From the NCBI GenBank assembly GCA_965112155.1, contig OZ218108.1: DNA of 64,000 bases; one strand, given 5' to 3'. Made by a program: the position numbers and the translations under genes. This document shows positions 38,447 to 50,458 of the stretch, piece after piece. The notes below the pieces were generated by a model. It saw only the letters and a list, made by a program, of their open reading frames with translations. It was not told the DNA's origin and ran no database searches. The DNA is from Podarcis liolepis (taxonomy: Eukaryota). Every line of letters starts with the position of its first letter. Position 1 is the stretch's first letter.

Positions 38447-38794
38447 NNNNNNNNNNNNNNNNNNNNNNNNNNNNNNNNNNNNNNNNNNNNNNNNNNNNNN
38501 NNNNNNNNNNNNNNNNNNNNNNNNNNNNNNNNNNNNNNNNNNNNNNNNNNNNNNNNNNNNNNNNNNNNNNNNNNNNNNNNNNNNNNNNNNNNNNNNNNNN
38601 NNGAATGGTGTGTTNNNNNNNNNNNNNNNNNNNNNNNNNNNNNNNNNNNNNNNNNNNNNNNNNNNNNNNNNNNNNNNNNNNNNNNNNNNNNNNNNNNNNN
38701 NNNNNNNNNNNNNNNNNNNNNNNNNNNNNNNNNNNNNNNNNNNNNNNNNNNNNNNNNNNNNNNNNNNNNNNNNNNNNNNNNNNNNNNNNNNNNN
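38447..38794. other. Two N-runs (38447-38602, 38615-38794) separated by a 12-bp island
   Basis: Runs of N flanking GAATGGTGTGTT. Confidence 0.99.
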
Positions 38795-39753
38795 TCTTCA
38801 TCATATAAAATAAATGGTAGTATCTGCACCTGTTTTATTGCATACCAGAAAAAAATTAAAAGAACAATGTGTTCAATGCAGAGTATAATCAGGGGATTTA
38901 TATATTATGGGTAAGTTTCAATGTAGTTATAGCAAATAGAATTTTTAGAAAATGTTAGTCTTTGCTTTTTCCTTGTTATTGCACTGAGATATCATTTCTT
39001 CTGGCTTAGCAATAGCTATTGTCCATTCATAAGTACATTTCATATTTGTGGATGTTCATTGTCTTACTTAATAAAATAGATGCTGTCGAAGTACTTTGCT
39101 GCAACGTCTTCTATCCACTCTCTTTAAGAGTCAGTCTCTCCCCCCTTAGCAATTTAGCAAAACACTAGTTCATTTTTGCATTGTATACTATTATTTTCAC
39201 ATCACAGATGTTATACCTGATTAACACATTTTATATTGTATTTTTAAGAATTTGCTGTGTTTCCTATTTAGTTCTATTTAACACATCCATTTTTTCCATT
39301 ATTAGGTAAAATACCTACTCTTGTATGACGAAATGATTTTGTAGCAACAGGGTGATTTTTAAAATACTGATGAACACAATATATTTTGTTCGCCCTGTAA
39401 GTTTAAAACAAAACAGGTGGGGAGGGGGATCTTTACTTGATGTAGCTCCAAAAAAGTTCATATGTTCAACTGTTATTTCTTTTCAGCAATAACAGTGGAA
39501 GGCTATTGTAAAATTTCAAAGCATTCGCTTGGCCATCAGAATACGTATTCCGCTGAAAAGAAATCACTTGCCTCAGAACTATTTTTGTCATATCTGAAAA
39601 TAAAGTATTTTTTGTGTTAGTATTCCAATTTGCCAGTCACAGAGCCTTTTTTTAAATAATCAAAAAGCGTGTGTGTATTATTTGAATCGGCATAGAAAGG
39701 CAAGCAAGGGAGAAGTTAGATATAACAATACTTATTTTTCAAAAATCTTTTAG

Positions 39754-39883
39754 CAAAGTCTCCTCGGAGGTGACATGGAAATGGGCAACCCAGGCGCTCT
39801 CTCACCCACCAAACCTGGCTCTCAGTACTATCAGTATTCTAGCAATAATCCGCGAAGAAGGCCTCTGCACAGTACCTCTGTGG
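39754..39883 (+). CDS. TCF4: TCF4 internal coding exon, 130 bp: [43 protein letters not shown]
   Basis: Acceptor tcttttAG|CAAAGT and donor GTGG|GTGAGT at 39884. Near-identical to human TCF4 as recalled. Contains the first basic cluster (RRR) of the NLS and internal ATGs at 39775 and 39781. Confidence 0.97.
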
Positions 39884-40051
39884 GTGAGTTACTTTGTGCC
39901 ACTTTACTCCACATTTCTAAAAGGAAACTTACACTGAACTTCTGTCTTGCAAGTAATTAATAATAAATGCTAGCTCAGTGCTGAATCTTAGACTGGAGGG
40001 TGTGAGCCTGCAAACATACATCTTACAGCCACACTTGTCTTCTTCTTTCAG

Positions 40052-40101
40052 AAGTACAAACAAAGAAAGTTCGAAAGGTTCCTCCAGGTTTACCATCTTC
40101 A
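40052..40101 (+). CDS. TCF4: TCF4 internal coding exon, 50 bp: (E)VQTKKVRKVPPGLPSS
   Basis: Acceptor cttctttcAG|AAGTAC and donor TCA|GTAAGT at 40102. KKVRKVPPGLPSS is the conserved E-protein NLS motif. Phase 1 start matches the previous exon. Confidence 0.97.
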
Positions 40102-42321
40102 GTAAGTACTCCTTGTCTGTCTTACCGTTTGCGGTTCCACTGGTTCCTTTGATTAACATGTTTTCAAATGAAACAGATTCCTATCCTAAACGTTTTTTTG
40201 TTTGTTTTGGTTTTCTCCATCATCATGCCGGCAGACAAAACAGAGAAGTCTATAATATTCTGACCTGTGGGAATAAAAAGTTTTGGTGGGTGTTGTTGCA
40301 TTATTATTTTTTAGTGTATATAAATAGAACTCTGAAAAAGTGCCTCTAGTTTGGGTAGCTTTACCAGTATGCGGTTCCAGATAGAATACGCATTAGCTTC
40401 ACGTGCGGGTTAACTTCTTTGTCAGTATTATGATGATTTATGGATTTGCATGTTAAAAGAGATTTGTGGAGAGGGATTTATGAAACATTTACATGGGTCT
40501 CAGCCCAGAATAGAAGGAGGACGTCTTCATTTTCCACTGAAGTTTTTGAATTAGGACTTTGAGCATACCTGCACAAATAGCTTTCTCAGTGTGTGTGATT
40601 TCCAGGTGTCAAACCAGTTGACTCCAGGTGTTACCAAAGGAATTATGGGCTATGGTAATAAATGAAGTCACATTTAATACCCTGATTGTCGTCCCGTCCC
40701 CCCTTCTTTTTAGGAAATTTTGTGTGTGTGTGTTTCTAATCAACTACCTGCATATATTTAGGCTGTGTTTGCAATAAAGGCTATATATGCTTTTTCATAT
40801 TATAATGCCCTTGCGTTCATGCAGCAAATAATTGGCTCATGTATGAGTTGGATTTTGTTTTGCGTTCTTCTTTTAAAAATAAAAAATGCTGATGTGTAAA
40901 AAAAAGTATGATCTGTTTTAAAGCAGCTACCATATTGATTAATTTGTAGATAAGTAACAACAATGCACCGTAGTGCAGCAGAGCGACAAATACTTTTAGA
41001 TCAAAGAATTAAAAATATTTGACTTTGCTGCTGGTGGTAGTTATATTGTGGAGATGTGTATTATGGGAGTGGGGGGTTACAAGGGAGTGCAATCAAAAAT
41101 TCACCAACATCAGAGCAATCCTACAGGTTTTTCTGAGATTACTTTGGCGTACCATTTATTAATGTGATCATAAATTAGATGGACTTTCAAATCAATAGCA
41201 AAACCTTCATATTATAAAACTAGTACTTTTAATTTCCGTTTTTGCTATTGTCATATCAGTAAGTGACTGAAGCTAGGAAAGGAATTAAATGAACATGTTT
41301 AATTAATATAGGAATAGTGATATGGGTATGTGAACCCTTGGGCAGACGTCTGACAGTACTTGAGAAGTAAAAATAAAAGTTGACAACAACAAAAACTTTG
41401 CTATTTTTCACTAACAGAGAAAAAAAATGAGGACAAATTTAAAATTAGATTGCATAAATGTTTCTTGCTTTGTTTCTTTAAAGAAATCATGGATTTTTTT
41501 ACAATCCTAAGGATTTTGGGTGGTTCACTTTTAGTTAATGGCGTCTTTACTTGAAACTTTCGCTTCTAATAGCTTTTATGAGAACTCAGATGATAAATAC
41601 ATATTGGTGCTTCTCACATTTTGAAACAGGCCAGTACGTAATGTGGCTGAGTATACCTTTTAAGCATTCTGGAGTAGCACTTAAACACCTTTTTCTTTTT
41701 TTCGTTTTGGTAATTTGTTATGTCTAGAATGCTTAAATTTTAATAAAATGTAGTGCGGTATTTTCTTCATTTAAAAATACGTACATAAAGATTCCTTTTT
41801 TCAGATAAATTCTGATAGAAAAACCATGTGCCTCTGTATTTCTAATGCTCATTTTCTCCCATATCTGTACACTTACTGTGTAGAACCTTATTGACTGGGA
41901 CATATTTCCGTTTAGAAAGCTAAACGCGTGCAGGGCAGTGAAATGGCTACAACTGTAAAGAAAGAGGACTGCTGTGATGATGTAAAAACATCAGATTGGT
42001 TGCCATTTCCATTTAAGGGTTAGAACTCTGTTGTTATTATTTCCCTTGCAGACATTTCAGGCATTTGGCTGTTTCTTTGAACCAAAAAGAATGAAATAAG
42101 TTTAAAAAAGAATTAACCAATTAGGATTCCTTAATTCCTAGCAAAATTTGTTCTTTGAGTTACAAAGTTTGGATTCCGTAGTTCATCTTGCTTTTTGCAC
42201 ACAGTGAAACCTATTGTTTTAAAGATAAAAACGAGGGAAAAAACAATTTTGCCACAAATGATTTCCTTGAAATTCAAATGACCTGATGCTATTATTGGGA
42301 GATATATCAAGTTATCCAGAA

Positions 42322-42344
42322 GTGGGTGGGTGGGTGGGTGGGTG
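42322..42344. repeat. (GGGT)n short tandem repeat with G-quadruplex potential
   Basis: GTGGGTGGGTGGGTGGGTGGGTG. Confidence 0.85.
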
Positions 42345-45300
42345 TCAATTGTTCCTTAACATGTTTGAACAAACAACTAATCACCTTCATGATCAAAATA
42401 TGTTGTGATTTTTTTTTTATCAGTAGTTAAAATGCAAAGATTTTCAAAATAGTACTATACTCTATTAAAGGACAAAATATTTTTTTAAATAATTCCTCTT
42501 ATCACATTATAGTAGATGATGCTATTATGCTGGATAAACAGTACTCATTTATAAATTGACTAAACAGATTATATTGTACTTAGCTGATAGAATGAAAATA
42601 TTATTCTCTTTCTATTAAAATATGGGTATTAAACTGTCACTGAATATTCATACAATTGTCTATAAAGGGCTTCAGGAGTTGTGTTAATGCACAGATGTCT
42701 ATGACAAATTTCCATGGCTATATTGAGAAAGAGAAGCGACAGAGAGAGTAAGACAAACAAACAAACAAACATTTTCTGGAAAGGTACTAAGCTCTTTGTC
42801 TTTTTATTTGGGGGGGGGGAGAACCTTTCAGAAGTAAGACCACTGGCTTGACTCAGTGTTAAGCAGCTAGCTCCTTCCTGCATAAGCATTTCAGTACTTT
42901 GTCACTATGGGCAAAGATAAAGATAATCCCTGGATCATCAGTAGTCTGGGTTATTCTTTGTGGATAAACTGGGTTGTGGGAAGAATCACCTGATCTCAAA
43001 CTTGGCTCCAATGTTGCTATTCTTCATCCAAGTTTTTAAAACGTGTGCATGTAAGTGGCTATGAAATCATTGCAGATATGAGTCTTGAGACACACACCCG
43101 GAAGCTTTTATGAATGGACATGCCTGGCGACTGGGGCTTTCGGAAATATGTTCCTGAACTTGTTCCCCCCACTGCTTTCCTACACACCTGCCATGCACAG
43201 CATGTAGCATCCAAACCAAGCCTCAGTTTCGCTGTCCCCCCCCCCCTCCTCCTGTGGATGGAGGAGGAATTGCTTCATTGTTTAGATGGAACAATGGCGA
43301 CTAGCAATAACATTAATAACTGAAAACATGCTTGCCATTGGTTTTGGGTTATTACATTTCTATACATGTAAATTAGTCCCCAGCTCCCTTCACACAGCTT
43401 TTTCATGGCATTGGCCCCAAGGGGCTTGAGCTGTGTATGGATTTGCGACCATATAAGCACAGGTAATTATGTGGTTCTTTCCCATATGATCTGCACCTCC
43501 CAGCCAATTACCTGCAGCTACAGGGAATTACATAATGGGAAAGATGTTGCCTTGCCTCCCTACTTACAGCTACATGAGAAGGAGACCTCTTTCAATTAAC
43601 TCCCAAGAAGCGCATTAAGGGCATTCTATGGATGTGAATTATACAGTCATTCTGAAACAACCTCAGGCGGAAACTTTGCATAGAGCATTCAGGTTTTTGC
43701 TCCTTTCTTTTTGGGGGGCTGTCTCATCAACTAGCCCTGCAGTCCTCACAGCAGCCTGATGATGCTAGTCCCATTCATTTCAGCGGTGCATCACTTTGAG
43801 GATTAGATTTTACAAGGCAGGGGTGTGGGACTTAGCTATGCCATGTGCCTCCTGCACTGCTCAGGTAACGTATAAACCAGGCCGTTAAGTGACAAAACAG
43901 TTACAGAGTTAACAAAGGTACATAGCCCAAACTGCTCTTTACTTGGAGAGTAGTTTTGTTATTCAGCATGAAGGGAAAATCCCTTAATACATGTGTGGAT
44001 TGCCTGGGCATGTACTTTCAGCTGTGCTGAATCTTAGCTGATGTTTGCTTTTACGTCTACCAAGTGTATGTGTGAACCTAAGAATTAATTAATTTTACTC
44101 TTCATTCATAGACCATACATTTCAGAAAGGTAACATCCACTTAGTGCAACAGGCATCATATTCTTTCTGTGCCATTTACCCATATACACGGGGACTCCGG
44201 AATTTTGTGCCCTCGCAGATGAGTTTATTAGATGTAATAAAAGGCTTCTTTTGAACTAAGAAAAAACAAAAAAGAAAGAGATGAAAACTTTGGCAGTACT
44301 CACCAGGCAGGGTGTCTCGATTCTTGGCAGCTTTTTCAACTGTTTATCTATCCTAAACAGGGACTAAATTTAGAATGAAAGGTGTGTTTTTAGCTTCTTC
44401 AAAGCACTGAGTTTATTTGAATTTTTAGAGGGAGGGGTGGAAATCAGAGAGCTGATCTGGAACAGTTAACCATGTACAGAAGTTTCCCACACACGTTCCA
44501 CACCCAAATGTCTTTTTTTCATTTTCTGCCCCAGAAAATTTAATAAAGATCTTTGTGATCTGGCTGTATTGTATTTATATGAAAAGACTCTCCAGGTGCA
44601 GAGATAAGATCGCGGTATTTAAATAGCACGGAAGACCATAACTTTGTTTTAATTAATAAACCCCTTAATGTTAAAAGACTTAGAGCATGAAGTCATGGAA
44701 TTTCAATAACGGGATAATACAAACAAACAAACAAAGCAAGATCCTAACATGGAACATAATGTGTGAAATGCTCAGAACTAAAACTGTACAGTAAAGTGCA
44801 ACTGAACGTTATGAAATTTAGTCTTCAGGTGCAACGTGCAACAGTTGGAAATAATCATCTGAAAAAATGAAATGGATTACAGTATTGTTTCTCTTTTTCC
44901 TCTCTGCTCTCCATAAAATAGTATACTATTGATATCCCCATCTATTTTTAGTCATCTAAAATACAGAGAACTGTTTTATCACAAAAATAGCCAGCCAGCA
45001 CTGTTCCAACTGGAATATGACATTGCACAATAAATTTCAACTTTCTTTTGTCAGAGCTAATTTTAAACTTCCTTTTGCTCGCTAACCTATTTAAAAGCAA
45101 GATTCCAGTCTTCATAATCGCTGAGAAAGTTTGAAAAAAAAGTAACATCTGCTCAGTTTTCAATGGCCATTGCCACAGTTACTGGCATTTCCCATGGCTT
45201 TCTGTAAATAGCTTTAAGAAATCAACGTTGGAATACACCTATGTTTTTTAAGCAAGTGATCGGTAAAGTTGAAGATTAAGAAAACCTCCCTAAGATAGGA

Positions 45301-45879
45301 GAGCAGAAAAGAATATCCCTTAAGAATATCCCTCTGTTTATCTGTTGGTTTGAAATTTATGTTTGTTCCTGAATGGTAGAAAGGGGTGGTCTGAATGTAT
45401 ATGAGGCCACAACTTTGCTGAAACTAAGCATGCCTTGTTCTGGTCAGTGCCTGGATAGGTGTACCACCTTGGATTCCATAATAGAAAAAAGTAAATTTAA
45501 GAAAATTAAACCAATAAAATAATAATATATTTGTGTGCTCTGCATACCCATACAAACTGGGTTGGATGAAGATTTTGTTCCCATAAGTGGGAGAATTTCT
45601 GGAGTCAAGTTATGCTTAGAGGACACTAGTAGATAGTGGGGTTGACTTTTTGATGATTCCCATCAGCCTCCATTTTCACCTCCCACACTGTTGTGGAAGT
45701 TTGGGGAGTTCTGTATGTGCCCCTCTGTTTCCCTGGCAATAGTAGCTGGCATCAGAGTTTACTGCCATCATCAGTGTCCCTGAGCGCTCCTATTCTTTTC
45801 CTGGTGGGGTGAATAAGAACTGTTACTTATATGCGAGAAAATAACAAAAGGGACTTAACCAAGAGAAGATGAACCTCTC

Positions 45880-46032
45880 TGCTGTTTCCTTGGTGTTTGC
45901 TTCAAGACACCAGTTGTTGGGGAACTCTAGTGGGGAGAACACTGCTATGCTTCCAAAGGCCGCTGGTTGTCCACTGTGACAAGAAGACTAGATGAGCCTT
46001 TGGACTGATCCTGCAGGGTTCTGACTACGTTT
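45880..46032 (+). mobile_element. Old CR1 3' tail
   Basis: CTGGTTGTCCACTGTG...GACTAGATGAGCCTTTGGACTGATCC. Confidence 0.6.
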
Positions 46033-47158
46033 TCCAATTTCTAGGGGAGGGAGCATGCTGCCCCTCCCTGGCAATCAACTGGAGCCCTCTTTCTATTTAT
46101 AATAGAGGAGCATTAACTTATATGGGAGAAAGTGAGCAGGTTATAATTAGGACACACTGCGTTTTGGAAACACCCTTCCCAACACAAGTGATCCTTGTGT
46201 CTTGAGGAGAGACTGGTTCTGCCACCTCTTTCAGCTGTCTTTCAAATCTCAGCCCTTTATTATTTTCTCATTGATATCAGTGGGCACTGGGAACTATTGA
46301 GAATCTAGGTCATCCCTTCCTGCAGACCCCTGCCCTGGGTTACCTTTTATGGCTTTGCCACATATTGCAACAAGCACACAGATTCTGTCATCTGACACAT
46401 TGATATCTGTATCTCTATAAATATGCAGAATTCTCTACATGTGCAATAAGAAAGCACATGTATGCACACATCTGAGTGGTTGTCGTTCTTTCTTTCCATT
46501 GCCAGCCATTTCTGGAATTATATCATGTACTTTTGGCCCAGAATATATATGCATTCTGAATCTGCATGAGATCACATAATAGTCTGCATAAAAATGGACT
46601 GATCAGTGGGATAGATTAAATCTTGTTTTACCATCTGAGATGGCTTAATTGACTAAGAGCATTGATCTTACTAGTTCCAAATTCAAACTTCTGTAAATGA
46701 GTTTATACACCAAAGTTGATTTACCCAAGACCCAAGTGGGATTGGTTATATTTATATTCGGTATTGCACTTGTGTTTTATTGCTTATAATACAGTGCATG
46801 TTTTCTTACCAGAGTTTGTAGCTGGGTTTGGTGTGTGTGTGTGTGTTGGTGTTTGTGTTTCCAAGGAAGGTCCTTTCATAAGGGACCCACATATATTTGT
46901 GGTTGCCATGTAACTGTTCCTACACCAACTTGTGGGAGAGGTAGGAATTTAGTCTTGGACACCAAAATGAGCTTCAAGGCACTGAGAGTGCCTCGGAAGA
47001 GCAGTGAGATCATAGAATTGTAGATCTAATTCACACATTCAAAATCAGCTCTACTCCATGGGCCCATGATTGCACTGAGAGTGTAATTTGCAAACTGGCT
47101 TGTCCAAGATATAACATGATGATGGAAATCACCACTGAAGTACTCAAGGATAGAGTGT

Positions 47159-47543
47159 TGGACTCTATTCAGATGTCACATCGAACCATGGTTTGTTTTA
47201 CATCTGAACACCTGAACCTATTTTTAAAAATGCTGAAGCGAAAGCAGAAAAATCAACTACTAAAATCAGTGAAAGTACCACTGATAGGATAAGAGAGGGA
47301 AGAAGTCCAGGTGCTTAAAGAAAAGGAAAAAGAAAAAGAAACCAATCATGTCGGATGCATTTCATTATTCTACCTCAAGAGGCTGCTGCAACTGTGGAGG
47401 AGGTGAAGTTGCTGTACCTCAAGTCTCTGCTAAATCATGGAGATGAGAGTAAACTTTAAAAGTTAAATGCTGATGAGATGAAAAATGAAAGCAGACAAGC
47501 AGCTCTGAACCATGGTTTGTGGTGTGCTTTCTGAACTGAGCCC
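47159..47543. mobile_element. Degraded inverted-repeat element with AACCATGGTT arms
   Basis: GGACTCTATTCAGATGTCACATCGAACCATGGTT at the left end; AACCATGGTTTGTGGTGTGCTTTCTGAACTGAGCCC at the right end. Confidence 0.55.
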
Positions 47544-48384
47544 TTGATGCCTTTAGAAGTTCAAGACATTTCTCTCACTCTTGTGAGCATCATCTGTTCT
47601 ATCGATTGATTCTTTGTAGAATCCTTAAAATCTCAATACAGTACCTTACATTCCTTTCTTTTTCTTTTTCTTTTGAAAAAGAACTTTAAGTTTTCATGCT
47701 TGTAGAGATAAACTTCAAAATGTGTCTAATAATAAAAAACCAACTTGCTGTTTTTCAAATGTCATGGCTTCTAATTGCATTTTATTATTCTAGTCCAAGG
47801 CAGCTGTTGCTGTTTTGCTTTTGGATATTTACCATGGAAGTATTGACCTTTGTAGCTCTCCCTTTTCAAAATTGTGATCATTTTTGAAATATTAGTCCCT
47901 ACCTGACAGGTCTTTGAGTCTCCTTCCTCTTCTTCTAGAAGTCAGTGACTGATCTGGAAGGTTAAAGGGCCTCTGTTTTCTGAAAGTTTTCCTTTCCTTT
48001 GGACCACATAGAGGCAGGTCTTGTCATCTGGGCAGTCCAGAACCTCCAGATACACTGCCCAGGCTTGCATCCAGAGGTGGTCACTTTGGTGCTCCTAACA
48101 CAGTGGTTTGTCCTCACCCCTGGAGGCATACTCCATTGTCTCTTGAGACAGACAGATGTCAACAACAAAATGATGATGAGTCTCTTCGAACTATAGGAAA
48201 CATACTGCTTAAGTAATACAAATAAAACTGTTTTCAGAATGTTAGAAAGCTCATCTTACAATTTTGCTTATAATTTTGTATGTGAAATTCATCCATGTTC
48301 CAGCTGCCCCTCTCTAGATAGAAGACCATCTGCTTTGTTATGAACTAACTACAGTTTTCAGTACCTCTTCAAAGCCTGCTCCAT

Positions 48385-48541
48385 GCCTGTAGTTCAGTGG
48401 CTGAGTATCTTGCTTTGCATGCACAATGCCCTAGTTTCATCCCCTAGGAAAGACTCCCTACCTGAAACCTTTGAGAGCCACTGTTGGCGTAGGCAGTAAT
48501 GAACTAGATGGGCTGGCTCAGTATTAAGGCAACACCCTATT
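48385..48541 (+). mobile_element. Squam2-like SINE
   Basis: GTAGTTCAGTGG...TGCTTTGCATGCAC...CCTGAAACCTTTGAGAGCCACTG...AACTAGATGG. Confidence 0.75.
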
Positions 48542-49200
48542 GCAGTAATCCAGTCTTGAGGTTAGCAAAATGTGGCCAAGCTACCTTTGTCCGGGATGTG
48601 TTTGTGTACCAGCCTAAGCTATCTGAAAATGCTCAGTGCCACTAAGGTCACTCTGGTACTCAAGCTGAAGCTATGAACACTCCCAAACTCTGAATCTGAT
48701 CATTTATGAGAGGTCAACCCATCTAGAAGAGCAGGAATGCCCACACCCTTGACATCAATAGCAACTCTATCTTGTAAGGATTCATCTTCAGTTTGCTGCA
48801 ATTCCACTTCCTCACCTGATTGATTGAAATGTATTGATGTGTCCTTGAAGGCAATCTCACTCAGCTGTTTCAGGTGTATGTTAAAGCATGGAGGACAAGA
48901 TAGAGCCCCCTTGAAACCCTGCGGCATAATTGCCATGGGATCAAACAGAAGCACCACCTTCTGGAATCATCTCTCCAGGGGAGGAATGGAGCCACTGACC
49001 CACTGTGCATACAGATCCCAACACCCAGAGCCTATCCAGAAGGATATCACGGTCAATGCTATCAAGAACACCACTAAGAGATCCCAGAGAACCAACAGTG
49101 TTGTCCTCCGCTATTCCAAAAACAGGTCTGAAACTAGATTGAAACAGATCCAGGTAGTCCTCTGTTCACACAGATATATCCTGTGAATTTCCCCAACTCT
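48542..49200 (-). mobile_element. Degraded L2 LINE ORF2 (RT)
   Basis: TGCAGTAATCCAGTCTTGAG (SRLDYC antisense); GGTCAATGCTATC...CACTAAGAGATCC (a DLS..FD.ID-like motif, antisense). Confidence 0.75.
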
Positions 49201-50276
49201 GTCCTTAATGAACCCAGCAGTTAAGAATATTTGCCACTTACCCAACGACCCCTGCTAAATCCACCTCACAAAGGGGGGGGGGTCACAATACCCTCTTTTT
49301 TGGCAGGCACGCTATCGTCAGTTGCCATGAACGATGGGGTTTCCCTGGAGTTAGAGATGTGCTTTGTGCACCAATTTGCCACTGACCTAGTGAGGCCCCG
49401 AGGTAACTTGAATTGGAAATGGCAGCTTGTTCTACCAGTGAATGCCAGTCCTGCTGAGATCCCATTATAGATTTGGTGGAATTTCAGCAAAGGTAGTGGT
49501 GACAGATGAGGACATAGCCGACCTACTGTTTCGTTAGAGAGGAATATTAAAAGCAAAGATGGAAGAGGTGTAAGTTCAGTCTAAAGATGGAGTAGACTAA
49601 CCCAGTGGAAACAAACTCAGCTTTAGAGGAAAGAAAGCAGAAAAGAGAGAGTTGTTCGAGAAAACTGAAACTGAAGGAGGGGAAGAAAACAACTAGTTCC
49701 ATGGCTTTGCTCTCTTTTGGAGATGGGAAAACTTTTTAAGAGTGTCCAGTTAGTGTTCTTTGCTAACGCTACAGCATGGAAGTCTCATGCCACGGCAGTG
49801 TGTTGTTGAGCTGTTTGTAGTTTCCCTCTGTTCAGATCAGTTAATAACGTGTTGATTAATTTTGTGGCCATGCACCCATTTTTAGATAGGAACCTTCAGA
49901 CTTGAACTCCACAGCAGCTCCTTTAAATGAAAACTTGTGTCCCAAGGAGTCTTATAAAAAATAAGAGGCTGCAATCTGAAGAAGTAATTTATGTGCGAAT
50001 GAAAGAATCATGCTTTCTTAAATACTTTCTCTCCAACTTCTCCCACCCTGCCAAAGAAGCAAGCTCTGTTCCTTGGTGGCTTCTTGTCTGCTGAGTTACA
50101 AAAACATCCTGACAAAGGCAGACACAGCAGCTGCATGCACAGTACTTTTCCTTTCATGCATGTGACTTCTCGTGAGTCAGGGTCACAGGCTGCAGGACTT
50201 GTTGCCTACTATTTGCCCATTGCTGCCTTTTACTACATTGGCTGTTCTGTGCACTCCTGTTTCTTTCTATTGGGGA

Positions 50277-50458
50277 AGGGCCATGGCTCAGTGGGACAGC
50301 ACCTGCTTTGTATGCAAACAGTTCCACATTCAATCTCTGGCATCCCCAGGTAGGGCAGAGAAACAGCCCAGCTTGAAAACACCGGAGAGCTGCTAGTAGT
50401 CAGTGCAGGTAGTACTGATGGTCTGACTCAGTACGAGGCGGCTTCCTATGTTCCTATG
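50277..50458 (+). mobile_element. Squam2-like SINE
   Basis: GGGCCATGGCTCAGTGG head; GGTCTGACTCAGTACGAGGCGGCTTCCTATGTTCCTATG tail. Confidence 0.85.

Noticed and set aside
38282-38914. Long ORFs spanning N-runs (also near 6 kb, 31 kb and 56 kb)
   Set aside because: Artefacts of N stretches lacking stop codons
39978-40349. 123-aa ORF overlapping the 50-bp exon
   Set aside because: Wrong frame relative to the TCF4 exon, non-ATG start, no independent support
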